IMG/VR virus record: IMGVR_UViG_3300024324_000009
Location: 107,041 to 171,040 of that record
Length of the DNA stretch: 64,000 nucleotides
Reading direction: 5' to 3' (one strand)
Source: a virus
The notes beneath the pieces were generated by a model. The model was not told the DNA's origin. It worked only from the letters and a program-made list of their open reading frames with translations, and searched no databases. Both the position numbers and the translations under genes were made by a program. The number at the start of each line of letters is the position of its first letter. Position 1 is the first letter of the stretch. Shown in pieces: positions 20,132 to 29,683 of this stretch.

Positions 20132-20626
20132 TCACCATGCTCTACAACTCCAGTATCGTGCTTTCCAGCGTGGGCCGGGACTGCTACAATTATGTCTTGC
20201 TCTGAACGATTTGCGTCTTGCAGGATCGCTTTTTTTGATCTTCATATTGGGGTCTCCGAAATTGACCTTGACGACATTACCTTTGTCGTTTTTTACGTAT
20301 ACACTACGCTTCTTAGGCCCATCAGGAGTTAAGAAAGGTTTACCTAGCTGCACTTTTCTGCCTTGATATTCAGCAGCGTCAGTAAAATCATTTTCCTCCT
20401 CGTCCCAGTTTAAATTTTCTGGATCAAAAAAATCTTCAAAACAATCTGGCTTTATTAGGTTGTTGGTCACTCTCTCCAATAGAGAAAGACTATCTTCCCA
20501 TGCTGCTAGACATACAGGAAGACGCTTATTTGGTTCTGGATTTTCTTTTTTCAATGTAGGGTCAGCCATGCATCTTTTGACAAATGCTTGTTTACTTTCT
20601 CCGGGTTTTATTTTTGGTGAAGGCAT
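20132..20626 (-). CDS. Conserved phage protein (DUF6321-like C-terminus)
   Basis: AEYQGRKV.LGKP...VKVNFGDPNMKIK...RRKSFRARHNC...ARYWSC. Confidence 0.6.
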   Translation of the reverse strand: MPSPKIKPGESKQAFVKRCMADPTLKKENPEPNKRLPVCLAAWEDSLSLLERVTNNLIKPDCFEDFFDPENLNWDEEENDFTDAAEYQGRKVQLGKPFLTPDGPKKRSVYVKNDKGNVVKVNFGDPNMKIKKSDPARRKSFRARHNCSSPGPRWKARYWSCRAW

Positions 20627-20660
20627 GGTTATTCCCTATTGTTTTATATTTTGGTCTTAT

Positions 20661-21722
20661 TTACGACATACACCTTAAAAGATTTTCAGCGGTATTTTTC
20701 CATGAAAACTTCTTGGCTGTCTCAACGCCTGCTGGGTTGGTTTTTATGCCTGTATTATAAACCTCTTGCATATGGCTAATGAATTGGTCTTTTTGATTTT
20801 GACCGATTTTTCCCCAATTACTCTTACCAAAAAACCATTTTCCATCATATGCTGATTCTTTTTCAGTAACATCTATGAGTCTTGAATTTTTCTTAGTACA
20901 AAACTCTTCGTGTGCTGACCAATTAGTTGCTATCACTGGCTTGTCCATAGCCATATGTTCCAGCAATTCTAAATTCCATCCTTCTCCTCTAGATGGATAC
21001 AGTCCACAGTCAGAATACGACATCAGTTCTGCTATCTTTTCATGTGTTGGAAATCTTGGGAATAGCCTAATTTTATTCTTGAGAGGCGATGACTCTACTA
21101 GATTAGTCCACTTGCTGACTTCCTCTTGATTCAGGAACGGGTTGGATGTTGCCATCCATAATTCTACGTTGTCAGTTTCCTTAAATGCCTTACTAAAGCA
21201 TTCCAGTATTACGTCATGTCCTTTTCTTACTTCCCATTTTCCTACTGTTAAAAATATATAGTTAGGCTTATCTATAGTTACTTCTTGAGGACTAAACACC
21301 ATACTGTCTACTCCCATTGGTACGACAGTGGCACGTTTCTTAATGCCGTTTTCTTTTAGCACTCCTTTGGCCCACTTAGAGGGAACGATAAGATGGTCAG
21401 GAAAACCAAGGTGATGCTTTTCTCTCTCGTCTAAGGTATCAACTTCGTAAAATGGCAATGCAAAATACTTACCTTTTCCCGGTCTATTAAGCAAATCAAA
21501 TTGATGCCATATCTTTAATGTAGCTGCTTTATAGTCTACAGACACAGAATTATTAAGTGCTTCTTGCACATATTCAATATCTTTTGTGTTATCTAAATGA
21601 GGATTTCCTATCACAGATAGTGCAACATGTGTTTCTGGTAGCTGAGACAGACCTTTCAAAATATTAAGACTAGCAACGCCGTATCCAGTACCACCTATGG
21701 GTGAATTTATATGTATGTTCAT
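20661..21722 (-). CDS. Glycosyltransferase family 4 (GT-B)
   Basis: TGYG, VPMGVD, FLTVGKWEVRKG, PSRGEGWNL.LLE.MA...PVIAT. Confidence 0.9.
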   Translation of the reverse strand: MNIHINSPIGGTGYGVASLNILKGLSQLPETHVALSVIGNPHLDNTKDIEYVQEALNNSVSVDYKAATLKIWHQFDLLNRPGKGKYFALPFYEVDTLDEREKHHLGFPDHLIVPSKWAKGVLKENGIKKRATVVPMGVDSMVFSPQEVTIDKPNYIFLTVGKWEVRKGHDVILECFSKAFKETDNVELWMATSNPFLNQEEVSKWTNLVESSPLKNKIRLFPRFPTHEKIAELMSYSDCGLYPSRGEGWNLELLEHMAMDKPVIATNWSAHEEFCTKKNSRLIDVTEKESAYDGKWFFGKSNWGKIGQNQKDQFISHMQEVYNTGIKTNPAGVETAKKFSWKNTAENLLRCMS

Positions 21723-22858
21723 TCGTATATCCTGTTATGAGTATTTTTAACCTTAATAAAAACTGTCTTCTTTCCAAAATCTTTAATGCAGTCAGCACCT
21801 ATGTAAGTTCCGCAACTTCTAATACCTCCACAAATATCTTGCATTATTTCTTCAGTTGTTCCTTTGTAGGATATCTCTACAGTTTTACCTTCACTGGTTC
21901 TATAATCTGAAATACCTCCGTTGTGTTTGTCTTGAGCAGACTTGCTACTCATTCCATAGAAGATTAATGTCTTTTTTCTTGTCTCGGTTTCATATCCGGG
22001 GTCTTCAGAAACCCATTCTTCTTTTACGGTGCCTTCTTTGATTGTTTTCTGATAGTATTCTTCTTTCCATTTGCCTTCACAACAGTCTGTTCCTGCTAGC
22101 ATACTGCCTAGCATAACAAAATCACTATTGCCTCCAAAGGCTTTGCATACATCAGCAGGGGTTTTGCAACCTCCGTCACTACATACGTGACCGCCTAGGC
22201 CATGTGCTGCATCTGCACACTCCATAACTGCTGATAGCTGTGGATAGCCAATACCTGTTTTTAATCTGGTTGTACAGACACTGCCTGAGCCTATGCCTAT
22301 CTTTACTATATCAACTTTGCCGTGTAGTATTAATTCTTCTGTCATCTCTGGCGATACTACATTGCCAGCCATAAGGACTGATTTTGGATATAATTCTCTA
22401 ATCTTTGCTAGATGCTCTACGAATCCTTCGCTGTATCCGTTGGCTACGTCTACACAAATATTAGGATACTTATCTAACCCAATAGTATCTTTTATCGCAT
22501 CGAATACATAGTTAAGTTTATCAAGGTCTTTATTTCCTGTTCCAAGAGAATAGAATACCAACTCTGATGGAACGCTCATGCTTTCAGCCTTGAGATAAAA
22601 GTTGACATACTCTTCTTTATTGTAATGCTTATGTAGTGCGGTCATTGCACCATTTCTACTAAGGGTTCGTGCCATCTCCATTGAGCCTGTAGTATCCATG
22701 TTTGCTGCAATTAAAGGTATGCAGTTGATTTTTCTTTGAGAATGTCTAAACACAAAGCATCTTTTCACATGGACGCTAGACCTACTAGTGAGACGAGACC
22801 TCTTAGGTTTAATTAGTACATCGTCAAAGTCTAATTTTAGTTCATTAATAATCTTCAT
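21719..22858 (-). CDS. guaC: GMP reductase
   Basis: KLDFDDVLIKPKRS, AANMDTTG, LHKHY, DVANGY, KIGIGSGSVCTTR, SDGG, FYGMSS, SEGK. Confidence 0.95.
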   Translation of the reverse strand: MKIINELKLDFDDVLIKPKRSRLTSRSSVHVKRCFVFRHSQRKINCIPLIAANMDTTGSMEMARTLSRNGAMTALHKHYNKEEYVNFYLKAESMSVPSELVFYSLGTGNKDLDKLNYVFDAIKDTIGLDKYPNICVDVANGYSEGFVEHLAKIRELYPKSVLMAGNVVSPEMTEELILHGKVDIVKIGIGSGSVCTTRLKTGIGYPQLSAVMECADAAHGLGGHVCSDGGCKTPADVCKAFGGNSDFVMLGSMLAGTDCCEGKWKEEYYQKTIKEGTVKEEWVSEDPGYETETRKKTLIFYGMSSKSAQDKHNGGISDYRTSEGKTVEISYKGTTEEIMQDICGGIRSCGTYIGADCIKDFGKKTVFIKVKNTHNRIYE

Positions 22859-23334
22859 TTCTGACTACTTTCTATAGTCACCTTTTCAATTCCTGCCATT
22901 TCCCAAGGATAGTTATTACCATAGTGTACATAGACTTCTGTACCTTCTGGGATTGCATTAATTGCTTTTATTTCTGCATATAGCATATCCCAATGGACTC
23001 TGACAATAGCATTGTTAGTGTCTTGGTGGTTGTAAAACATTCCGTATCCTCCCTGCATATACATTTTCCATCCATGCTGCTTACACTCTTCGCAGGGACA
23101 AGTAGTATGTATCAGAGTAGAACTCAACAGCATAGGGTCTCCATGATACCTGACACGAAATGCCATAGGGACAATAGGGAACCTTTCTATTAATTCGTTC
23201 GCTAGGATAGTTTCTTTAGCAAAAACTCCACGACCGTGTACTCTAGACCTTTTGACTTTTACTCTTGAACCTTCATATTCAATGTCATCAAAAGACTTAA
23301 ATTCACTATCTGTTAATGTTATAAGACTATCCAT
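22855..23334 (-). CDS. SET-domain protein-lysine methyltransferase
   Basis: S.VHGRGVFA...I...ELIE, GYGMFYNH...NA, I.EGTEVYVHYG. Confidence 0.85.
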   Translation of the reverse strand: MDSLITLTDSEFKSFDDIEYEGSRVKVKRSRVHGRGVFAKETILANELIERFPIVPMAFRVRYHGDPMLLSSTLIHTTCPCEECKQHGWKMYMQGGYGMFYNHQDTNNAIVRVHWDMLYAEIKAINAIPEGTEVYVHYGNNYPWEMAGIEKVTIESSQK

Positions 23335-23347
23335 AATTTATTCATTC

Positions 23348-23908
23348 CTATATTGTAAAAAAGTACCATCTATTATAACTGTTGACATTCTCTGCTAGAT
23401 TCACATGTTCCAGATATCCATAAACATCATTCCAATCTGAGAAAATATGCTGGTGGGGTATCGTTCCGAACAGCCAATCAGGTGCATGTTCCTTGCCTTG
23501 TACCATGTGTATGATAATAGGCTTCTTCTGTCTGTTGGCCCAGAAAATTTCTTCATACGTACCACAAGGATGACCATTCAAATCCAAGTTGACAACCAAG
23601 AAATCACTTATATCAACCAATCTTAAATCCACTGATCTTATCGTTTTCATAAGATGAGCCATCTCGTCATATCTTTTAGATTGTTTTAGCTTGGTTTTAT
23701 GAGCATGTGTTTCTACGTCTTCCATTCCTACTTCTGTTGGTTTAGTCAACGGATTAAACACTGTGACCTCAAGGTTTTGTAGAAACGGAGTTATTTCATT
23801 TCTCCATCCTATACCTCTGTCCAATACTCTGTCCATAGCACCAGCTAAATATACTCTTTGTCCTTTAAGTCTAGACATTTTATTCCTTTCAATCTTCGTG
23901 CATTGCAA
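23348..23908 (-). CDS. Nucleoside 2-deoxyribosyltransferase-like protein
   Basis: VYLAGAM, WR, VFNP, D...V..SD, GTYEE. Confidence 0.8.
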   Translation of the reverse strand: MQCTKIERNKMSRLKGQRVYLAGAMDRVLDRGIGWRNEITPFLQNLEVTVFNPLTKPTEVGMEDVETHAHKTKLKQSKRYDEMAHLMKTIRSVDLRLVDISDFLVVNLDLNGHPCGTYEEIFWANRQKKPIIIHMVQGKEHAPDWLFGTIPHQHIFSDWNDVYGYLEHVNLAENVNSYNRWYFFTI

Positions 23909-24055
23909 AGTACATATACATAGACTCGTTTTGCTTATCGTAGTCTTTTACCTCTAGATTTCTACATGCACCAAGTTCTCTTGCTGTCTCAATCGATAGG
24001 CTTATAAAATAAACAATCATTAAAAAACAAACAATTCCCATTGAAATAGTCATAA

Positions 24056-24664
24056 TCAATCCTTTCCAAGAAATACACTAACGCTAAATTCTGACCAACA
24101 ATCATCAATCAAGTCCGCAATGAAATCCCAGTTGCCTCCTGCAAGACCGCTGCCAAACTTTGGAGCAAAAATCTTGAACTTGGTTTGGTCTTCATTGTAC
24201 ATCATCTTCTTAATCATCATTTTAACATCCATCATACAATATGTCAAGGCTCCATAATTAAGAGGACGCGAATTTGTTTCTGGGTGGTATATTCTATTTT
24301 GTGCTATCATATTAGCAAAGATTATTTTGTATTGATATTTTGGCTCAGTATAAACTGTGACGTATTGTACTTGTCCCATCTTGGCAGAACGTCCAAGTAA
24401 ATGAAAATTAGCTTTTACTTCGTAGTGTCTTTTAGCTACAGCACTAGCAAACCCTGCCCCGAACGCATTCACGTTGTTGCAGACATGCGGAATCATAATA
24501 CTTGTACCATGCTCTTTACCTGCAACTGCATTTTGAGCAGCGTCAAATATATCAGCAGACTTCTCCACAACAAACGAGTGTTGAGGAGTGTTTCTTCTGG
24601 TTGTTCGCTTTGTTATTTTGTTATTTTGTACCATTTGTCTACAGGACATTGTTGATCTGCCCAT
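24056..24664 (-). CDS. Macro domain (Poa1/TARG1-like ADP-ribose hydrolase)
   Basis: HVCNNVNAFGAGFA, FANMIAQ, APKFGSGLAGGNW. Confidence 0.85.
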   Translation of the reverse strand: MGRSTMSCRQMVQNNKITKRTTRRNTPQHSFVVEKSADIFDAAQNAVAGKEHGTSIMIPHVCNNVNAFGAGFASAVAKRHYEVKANFHLLGRSAKMGQVQYVTVYTEPKYQYKIIFANMIAQNRIYHPETNSRPLNYGALTYCMMDVKMMIKKMMYNEDQTKFKIFAPKFGSGLAGGNWDFIADLIDDCWSEFSVSVFLGKD

Positions 24665-24876
24665 GCCAGTTTGTTCATAAAAATTTTCTTCTCACTCACA
24701 TTGCATCCACACTGGAGGCAACTGCTGTCTTCCTTATTATACCACTCACATTCATTTTTGCAAATGGAAAATCTGTAATTTATTTGCTCCTGTGTACACT
24801 TAGGTAATCCTGCCCCTATGTGAAACCATAGAGACTTAAAAAAGTTCTTTAATTTAATATGAAATGGTACGCTCAT
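24613..24876 (-). CDS. Small Cys-rich protein
   Basis: R..IC...CEW...C.QCGC...K......CP..KW. Confidence 0.65.
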   Translation of the reverse strand: MSVPFHIKLKNFFKSLWFHIGAGLPKCTQEQINYRFSICKNECEWYNKEDSSCLQCGCNVSEKKIFMNKLAWADQQCPVDKWYKITK

Positions 24877-25184
24877 TATGGAAACCTCTGTGGATTTACT
24901 TTTCTAATTGCTGCTTCTACTGAAAGTGGTGGTTCTTCCTTAACTAAAAGTATATTATTTTCTTCATCTCTATAATACAGGTCTTGAATCTGGCAGACAG
25001 AATCAGGCTTAAACCATTGTACCTGTCCAGTATTCAGAGAGACTGCCATCCTGCTACCGCTAGATTTAAAGTCTGCACTTATAATATATTTCTTCTTATC
25101 TATAACAAATAGTTCTCCAGCCTCTAGCTCTTCGATGTATTTCATTTGAAAAATGCTCCCGATACACTTGCGTAACGTATCCAA
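24876..25184 (-). CDS. Hypothetical protein
   Basis: ORF track. Confidence 0.5.
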   Translation of the reverse strand: MDTLRKCIGSIFQMKYIEELEAGELFVIDKKKYIISADFKSSGSRMAVSLNTGQVQWFKPDSVCQIQDLYYRDEENNILLVKEEPPLSVEAAIRKVNPQRFP

Positions 25185-25756
25185 TCATCATCTTGAATAA
25201 CAACACCTTGTTTATTACCCATATATTTAATTGGACGATAATCAGTAAACTCATCCATCATGCAGGCAAAGTTGTTCGCCAGCATAAGACTCCATACAAT
25301 CTTACCATCGGCACAAGCCTTGTCAAGTCTTGAGAGATGTGTTTCAATATTATGATTTCCTTTAGGCTTTCTTAAATCTATACTACGATCAATGTTTTGA
25401 ATGATATACAGCCCTGAGCCTTCTTTGAGATAGCAGTCAACGTCTGCTTTTTTAAGAGTGATTCTGCCGGGAGATGAAACCCACTTTACTTCTATGCCGT
25501 GAGCGAATGACTGATCAAATACCCAGCCACTAGCGTAGTAGTCAGCACCGCCCGTGTTAGTCCCGGTTTTTAGATAGCGACCATCATTAGCACAACCGTT
25601 GCTAAAATGATGACTGAAGCCAAAGCCATTACAACGCTCTGCTTCCACCAGCAATTTGTCCCACCAATACGATTCAACTGCTGTCCCAAAGTATATATCC
25701 TTCTTGAAGGCATCCTTACTTCGGTTGTCAAATCTTTTATCTTTTTTGGTTTCCAT
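25142..25756 (-). CDS. Putative PD-(D/E)xK nuclease-fold protein
   Basis: GGADY...IEVKW. Confidence 0.5.
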   Translation of the reverse strand: METKKDKRFDNRSKDAFKKDIYFGTAVESYWWDKLLVEAERCNGFGFSHHFSNGCANDGRYLKTGTNTGGADYYASGWVFDQSFAHGIEVKWVSSPGRITLKKADVDCYLKEGSGLYIIQNIDRSIDLRKPKGNHNIETHLSRLDKACADGKIVWSLMLANNFACMMDEFTDYRPIKYMGNKQGVVIQDDDWIRYASVSGAFFK

Positions 25757-25757
25757 T

Positions 25758-25961
25758 TTAATTATATTCTTGTTTCCAATTTTCCCATTGCTCTTCTTGT
25801 TCTAAATCCACTTTACTTTGCTTAAATTGTCGCTGAAGTTTTTTTTGTGTCTTCTTAACATCGTTGCCGCGAACTTCTGGTTTTACATGAGTCTTCTTGC
25901 TATTAATGTGCTCACGCCTAATATCCTTACGGTCCTCTAAATCTTCATTAAACATCTTCAC
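25758..25961 (-). CDS. Hypothetical protein
   Basis: ORF downstream of a promoter. Confidence 0.5.
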   Translation of the reverse strand: MKMFNEDLEDRKDIRREHINSKKTHVKPEVRGNDVKKTQKKLQRQFKQSKVDLEQEEQWENWKQEYN

Positions 25962-25987
25962 CCTTTCTTTATTAGTGAATACATACT

Positions 25988-26015
25988 ATTATATACGCCT
26001 CTTGCTTGTTGTCAA
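25988..26015 (-). promoter_or_regulatory. Sigma70-like promoter TTGACA-16-TATAAT
   Basis: Perfect hexamers, intergenic. Confidence 0.8.
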
Positions 26016-26138
26016 GTCTTTTTTTTATAAGTAGTTTTTTTAAGTAGGTAAAATAAGAATTTGAAAACTTGACAAGTAGGCCTAAAAAGTTTATGATGTT
26101 ACATCGGGTGTAAATAATTGCTTACTGATCTCTAAGAG

Positions 26139-27056
26139 TTATTCAAAGACAGGTGAAGGAATACCATTTCCTTGGTAATTAGGACTACGGTGTTTTATGT
26201 TAGGTAAGTCTTGGCAGTTTTTGCTAAGAAGTACTACCCAATCGTCAGAAGTTTTAGGCAAAGGTTTACTCATGCCCTTGAGATATGACAAAGTTAAAGC
26301 AGCAATACCAACTACATAAGGAGTAGCCATTGAAGTACCACTTAATCTAGCATAACCTTCGGGGACGCAAGAGATTATGTCTTCGCCCGGAGCAACAAAA
26401 TCTAAAGTTTCTCCTGTGCAACTAAAATTAGAGACATTCAATTTTCTACCTACTGAACCAACAGCCACCGTATACCTAGAACTAGCAGGATAATTAACTT
26501 TATTGTGATTACCACTATTACCAGCAGCACAGAATATTCCTATTCCATGATCATGAGCATATTTTAATGCTGATTCTAATCTAGGAGAATGATGAGGAGA
26601 ACCTAATGACATAGTAATTAAATCTGCATCTAATTGTACTGCTGTTCTAACTCCATCAGCAACATGATTATTATTACCCATACCATTATCACCTAATACT
26701 TTTATTGGTATAATTTTAACTTTAGGTGCAACTCCTACTACTCCGTATTTATTGGCAACAGCACCAATAGTGCCTGCAACATGACTTCCGTGACCATTAT
26801 GGTCAGACGGATACGTTCCGGGTTCTATGGCACAATATCCGGGTAAAGCTAGATTCTCATGCAGATCGGGGTGTTCAAGATCACATCCAGTGTCTATAAC
26901 TGCGACTCGTACACCACCTCCTTCAGTCACATTCCAACAAGATGGTATATCAAATTCATTTAATGCCCACGGAATCAACTGTGCAGAACCTAAATTAAGA
27001 CCATAGATATCTTCTCTAATATATGGTAATAGACCACAATCATTTCTTCTTCTCAC
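26139..27056 (-). CDS. Subtilisin-like serine protease (S8)
   Basis: VAVIDTG, HGSHVAG, AAGN, SGTSMATP. Confidence 0.95.
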   Translation of the reverse strand: MRRRNDCGLLPYIREDIYGLNLGSAQLIPWALNEFDIPSCWNVTEGGGVRVAVIDTGCDLEHPDLHENLALPGYCAIEPGTYPSDHNGHGSHVAGTIGAVANKYGVVGVAPKVKIIPIKVLGDNGMGNNNHVADGVRTAVQLDADLITMSLGSPHHSPRLESALKYAHDHGIGIFCAAGNSGNHNKVNYPASSRYTVAVGSVGRKLNVSNFSCTGETLDFVAPGEDIISCVPEGYARLSGTSMATPYVVGIAALTLSYLKGMSKPLPKTSDDWVVLLSKNCQDLPNIKHRSPNYQGNGIPSPVFE

Positions 27057-27882
27057 TTTTCACTCTCTCTTTCTGTATTTTTTGTATTGTTGCAATTTGT
27101 TCAGGTGTTAATTTATCTATAATCTCTATTTGTTCTTTTACTGCTTTGATCCAAGGAATAAATTTACTAATTCTAGTAAAGCAAGCATCGTCACCATAGT
27201 CTGAATCTCCCTTGCCATCTGTAGCCATTATAAAAGAATTTATACCAGCCAGCTTTTGGTCTATAAACATCCCACCACCACTGTCTCCGGGTGCTATTAA
27301 AAATTCTAGGCTAGTATGTGCATCATCTGATTTAACAAGCAGACAGTCTTTATACATTTCAGCAACAAGGTTAGAACCTGCTCTCCTCTTGTTGTCAAAT
27401 GGTTTCCAGCCGGTTTTAAATGTACCGTGATGTCCATACCCTGCCATGCTGCAAACTTTACTCATCTCATCTGATTCAGTATATAGTTCGGGATAAAAAT
27501 CTAAGTTTATTGGCTTGCTTAATTTACCAACTGCTATATCAGCTATTCCTGTCTTATCGTATTTCCAATCTGAATGTATAGCAATTATGCTGACGGGGAC
27601 TACTTTATTATTGAAGATCACATTCTGTGACAAACTTCCTGCCACTACGTGGGCAGCGGTTATTATATATTTAGGAGAGATTAAAATACAAGAACCTCTA
27701 AAGGTACTATTAAGATCATTAGACATTATACCTTGAATAGGTAAAACACACTGGTGTTTCTTTCCATATTCTAAATATTTTGAATCAGGAACACTAGGGA
27801 GTCTTGTTCCTGCGATACTGTCAGTCGGGGTCGTTATCTGAACTGTTATAAACAGCAGCAGAATACCAATCAAAAGTCTCAT
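27040..27882 (-). CDS. Trypsin-like serine protease (S1) with signal peptide
   Basis: ITAAHV, DIAVG, PGDSGGG. Confidence 0.9.
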   Translation of the reverse strand: MRLLIGILLLFITVQITTPTDSIAGTRLPSVPDSKYLEYGKKHQCVLPIQGIMSNDLNSTFRGSCILISPKYIITAAHVVAGSLSQNVIFNNKVVPVSIIAIHSDWKYDKTGIADIAVGKLSKPINLDFYPELYTESDEMSKVCSMAGYGHHGTFKTGWKPFDNKRRAGSNLVAEMYKDCLLVKSDDAHTSLEFLIAPGDSGGGMFIDQKLAGINSFIMATDGKGDSDYGDDACFTRISKFIPWIKAVKEQIEIIDKLTPEQIATIQKIQKERVKSEKKK

Positions 27883-28207
27883 AGTTGTTACCCTCCTTTG
27901 TTTTATATGGACGAGTAGTTATCTTATTAAGATACATACGAGCATCCCTTACTACGTCTTTATTCCAACTTCGATAGTTTAGTAAATGTCCAAAAACAAA
28001 GTGACACCACTTATCACAAAGAGTAATTAGGTTAGAAGGGTCTAGTTCACGAGATGGATCGAGATGGACGGGAACGATATGGTGGACTTCTGGTTTCCTA
28101 TCTGAACCACAAGCCTGACATACTGGCTGTTCTTTTAAATGTTCTTTACGTAACGCAGGCCATTTTGAAGAACGTGCTGCGTATCTCAATTCTCGCTTAA
28201 ATAGCAT
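27821..28207 (-). CDS. HNH endonuclease
   Basis: CQACG, EVHHIVP, NLITLC..CH. Confidence 0.85.
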   Translation of the reverse strand: MLFKRELRYAARSSKWPALRKEHLKEQPVCQACGSDRKPEVHHIVPVHLDPSRELDPSNLITLCDKWCHFVFGHLLNYRSWNKDVVRDARMYLNKITTRPYKTKEGNNYETFDWYSAAVYNSSDNDPD

Positions 28208-28253
28208 AGTATTAAACCCAAAAGTAAATTAATCTAACTAGAGATACACCAAA

Positions 28254-28355
28254 AACGGCAGACCCGTTATAAAATCTCACTCACAACAACAGGGTTTATT
28301 AAACCCAACCAACTGGGAAATAATGAGTCTGATATAACAACAGGGGTCTACCGTC
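28254..28355 (-). ncRNA. Candidate rod-shaped structured ncRNA
   Basis: Nested stems GACGGTAGACCC/GGGTCTGCCGTT, GTTATA/TATAAC and ACTCAT/GTGAGT. GGTGTA motif upstream and T run downstream. Confidence 0.55.
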
Positions 28356-28432
28356 ATAGATGTTTGTTATATTATTATATACACCTTGATTGCCGGAACT
28401 ATAGTAGCTGTGGATAAAGAAATAATTTTGCC

Positions 28433-28444
28433 GGTGTAAATAAT
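28433..28444 (+). promoter_or_regulatory. GGTGTA-class (putative late) promoter
   Basis: GGTGTAAATAAT on the plus strand, ahead of the only plus-strand gene. Confidence 0.55.
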
Positions 28445-28489
28445 GATAGCGTTTATTTTTTTTTGGAAAATTTTTGAGAGGTTATTTAT

Positions 28490-29071
28490 ATGTCTAAGCC
28501 TAATAAGATACTTATTACTGGAACAGGCCGTTGCGGTACTACTTTTCTCATGAGACTGTTTGCTCATTTGGAAATGCCTAACGGAGTTAATGCTGACTCT
28601 AGTGAAAGAGGTGTTTTTGGTAACTGTAATTCAGGACTAGAGTTAGATGTGCATCTTACTAATGTAGCAAGAAGCCCATACATACTCAAGTGTCCTAGCT
28701 ACATTGATAAACTACATGAAGCTGTCCAGAAGGTAGAAATTGATTGGTTGATCTTGCCAATTCGTGAATACCAAGAAGCAGCACAAAGTAGAGCAGATCA
28801 TGGCAGAGCCGCTGGAGGTTATCTAAGAGGTTCTAACATGCAAAGTGAATTGTCTGGTGCGTACAAAGCCATAGCACATGGCATTAGAGTAATGACGCAG
28901 TATGATATCCCTTTTATTCTTTTAGATTTTGGTCGTATGGTTAGCGATCATAGATATCTTTATAATAAACTAGAGCCTATTATGAAGAAATATGCTATAG
29001 ACGGTAAAACCTTTGAGACTGCTTGGATTGCAGCATCAGCCAAAAGTAAAAAGAATACTAGGAGTAAATAA
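28490..29071 (+). CDS. Sulfotransferase-fold (P-loop) protein
   Basis: ILITGTGRCGTTFLMRL PAPS-binding loop, ILKCP; GAGG RBS. Confidence 0.7.
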   Translation: MSKPNKILITGTGRCGTTFLMRLFAHLEMPNGVNADSSERGVFGNCNSGLELDVHLTNVARSPYILKCPSYIDKLHEAVQKVEIDWLILPIREYQEAAQSRADHGRAAGGYLRGSNMQSELSGAYKAIAHGIRVMTQYDIPFILLDFGRMVSDHRYLYNKLEPIMKKYAIDGKTFETAWIAASAKSKKNTRSK

Positions 29072-29075
29072 TTTT

Positions 29076-29099
29076 TAGGGGGTGCGAGAGCATCCCCTA
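29076..29099. terminator. Hairpin between convergent genes
   Basis: TAGGGGGTGC-GAGA-GCATCCCCTA. Confidence 0.65.
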
Positions 29100-29663
29100 T
29101 ATTCTTCTCCTGTCTATGACAACACAAAAATCATCATAGCGTTTCTTTGCATCCCATCCGTCCCACACATAGGCTAATCCTTGAAGTGCATCAGGAACAC
29201 ACTTGATTATTTCCTTAGCATTATCATAACCATGAATATCTTCTGTGATCCAGACACCTTTATCTGACAACAGCGTTTGAGACAGACTAATTAAATACTT
29301 CTGTTGTTCTAACTTATGGGAACAGTCTTCTATAATAAGATCAAAGTCATTCCTAAAATTAGACTCAGCCCATTCTTTAAACTCTGGCTTTGAAACATCA
29401 CCGACATAGAACTCATCGAATAGTTCACACCAAGTTTTATTGGAAGGTACATGACCAGACACAATATCTTTCCTGAGATCAGCACCTACTAAAAACTCTC
29501 CTATATTATTATCTTTAAGAAATTTAGCAAACCCACAGGAAGATGTTCCTATCTCTAGGATTTTCCTGTGGGGTGTAAGGAAAAAGTTCTGATATAACAA
29601 TCTATAGTTATGATAAGAGCAAAACTTATCAGTTTCATCTCTACTGCTTTCATAGTCCAGCAT
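29097..29663 (-). CDS. Class I SAM-dependent methyltransferase (sugar O-methyltransferase-like)
   Basis: TDK...HNY..LY, ILEIG, FDLIIEDCSH, G.WITEDI. Confidence 0.8.
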   Translation of the reverse strand: MLDYESSRDETDKFCSYHNYRLLYQNFFLTPHRKILEIGTSSCGFAKFLKDNNIGEFLVGADLRKDIVSGHVPSNKTWCELFDEFYVGDVSKPEFKEWAESNFRNDFDLIIEDCSHKLEQQKYLISLSQTLLSDKGVWITEDIHGYDNAKEIIKCVPDALQGLAYVWDGWDAKKRYDDFCVVIDRRRI

Positions 29664-29683
29664 AATGTCCTCTTCTTTCTATT

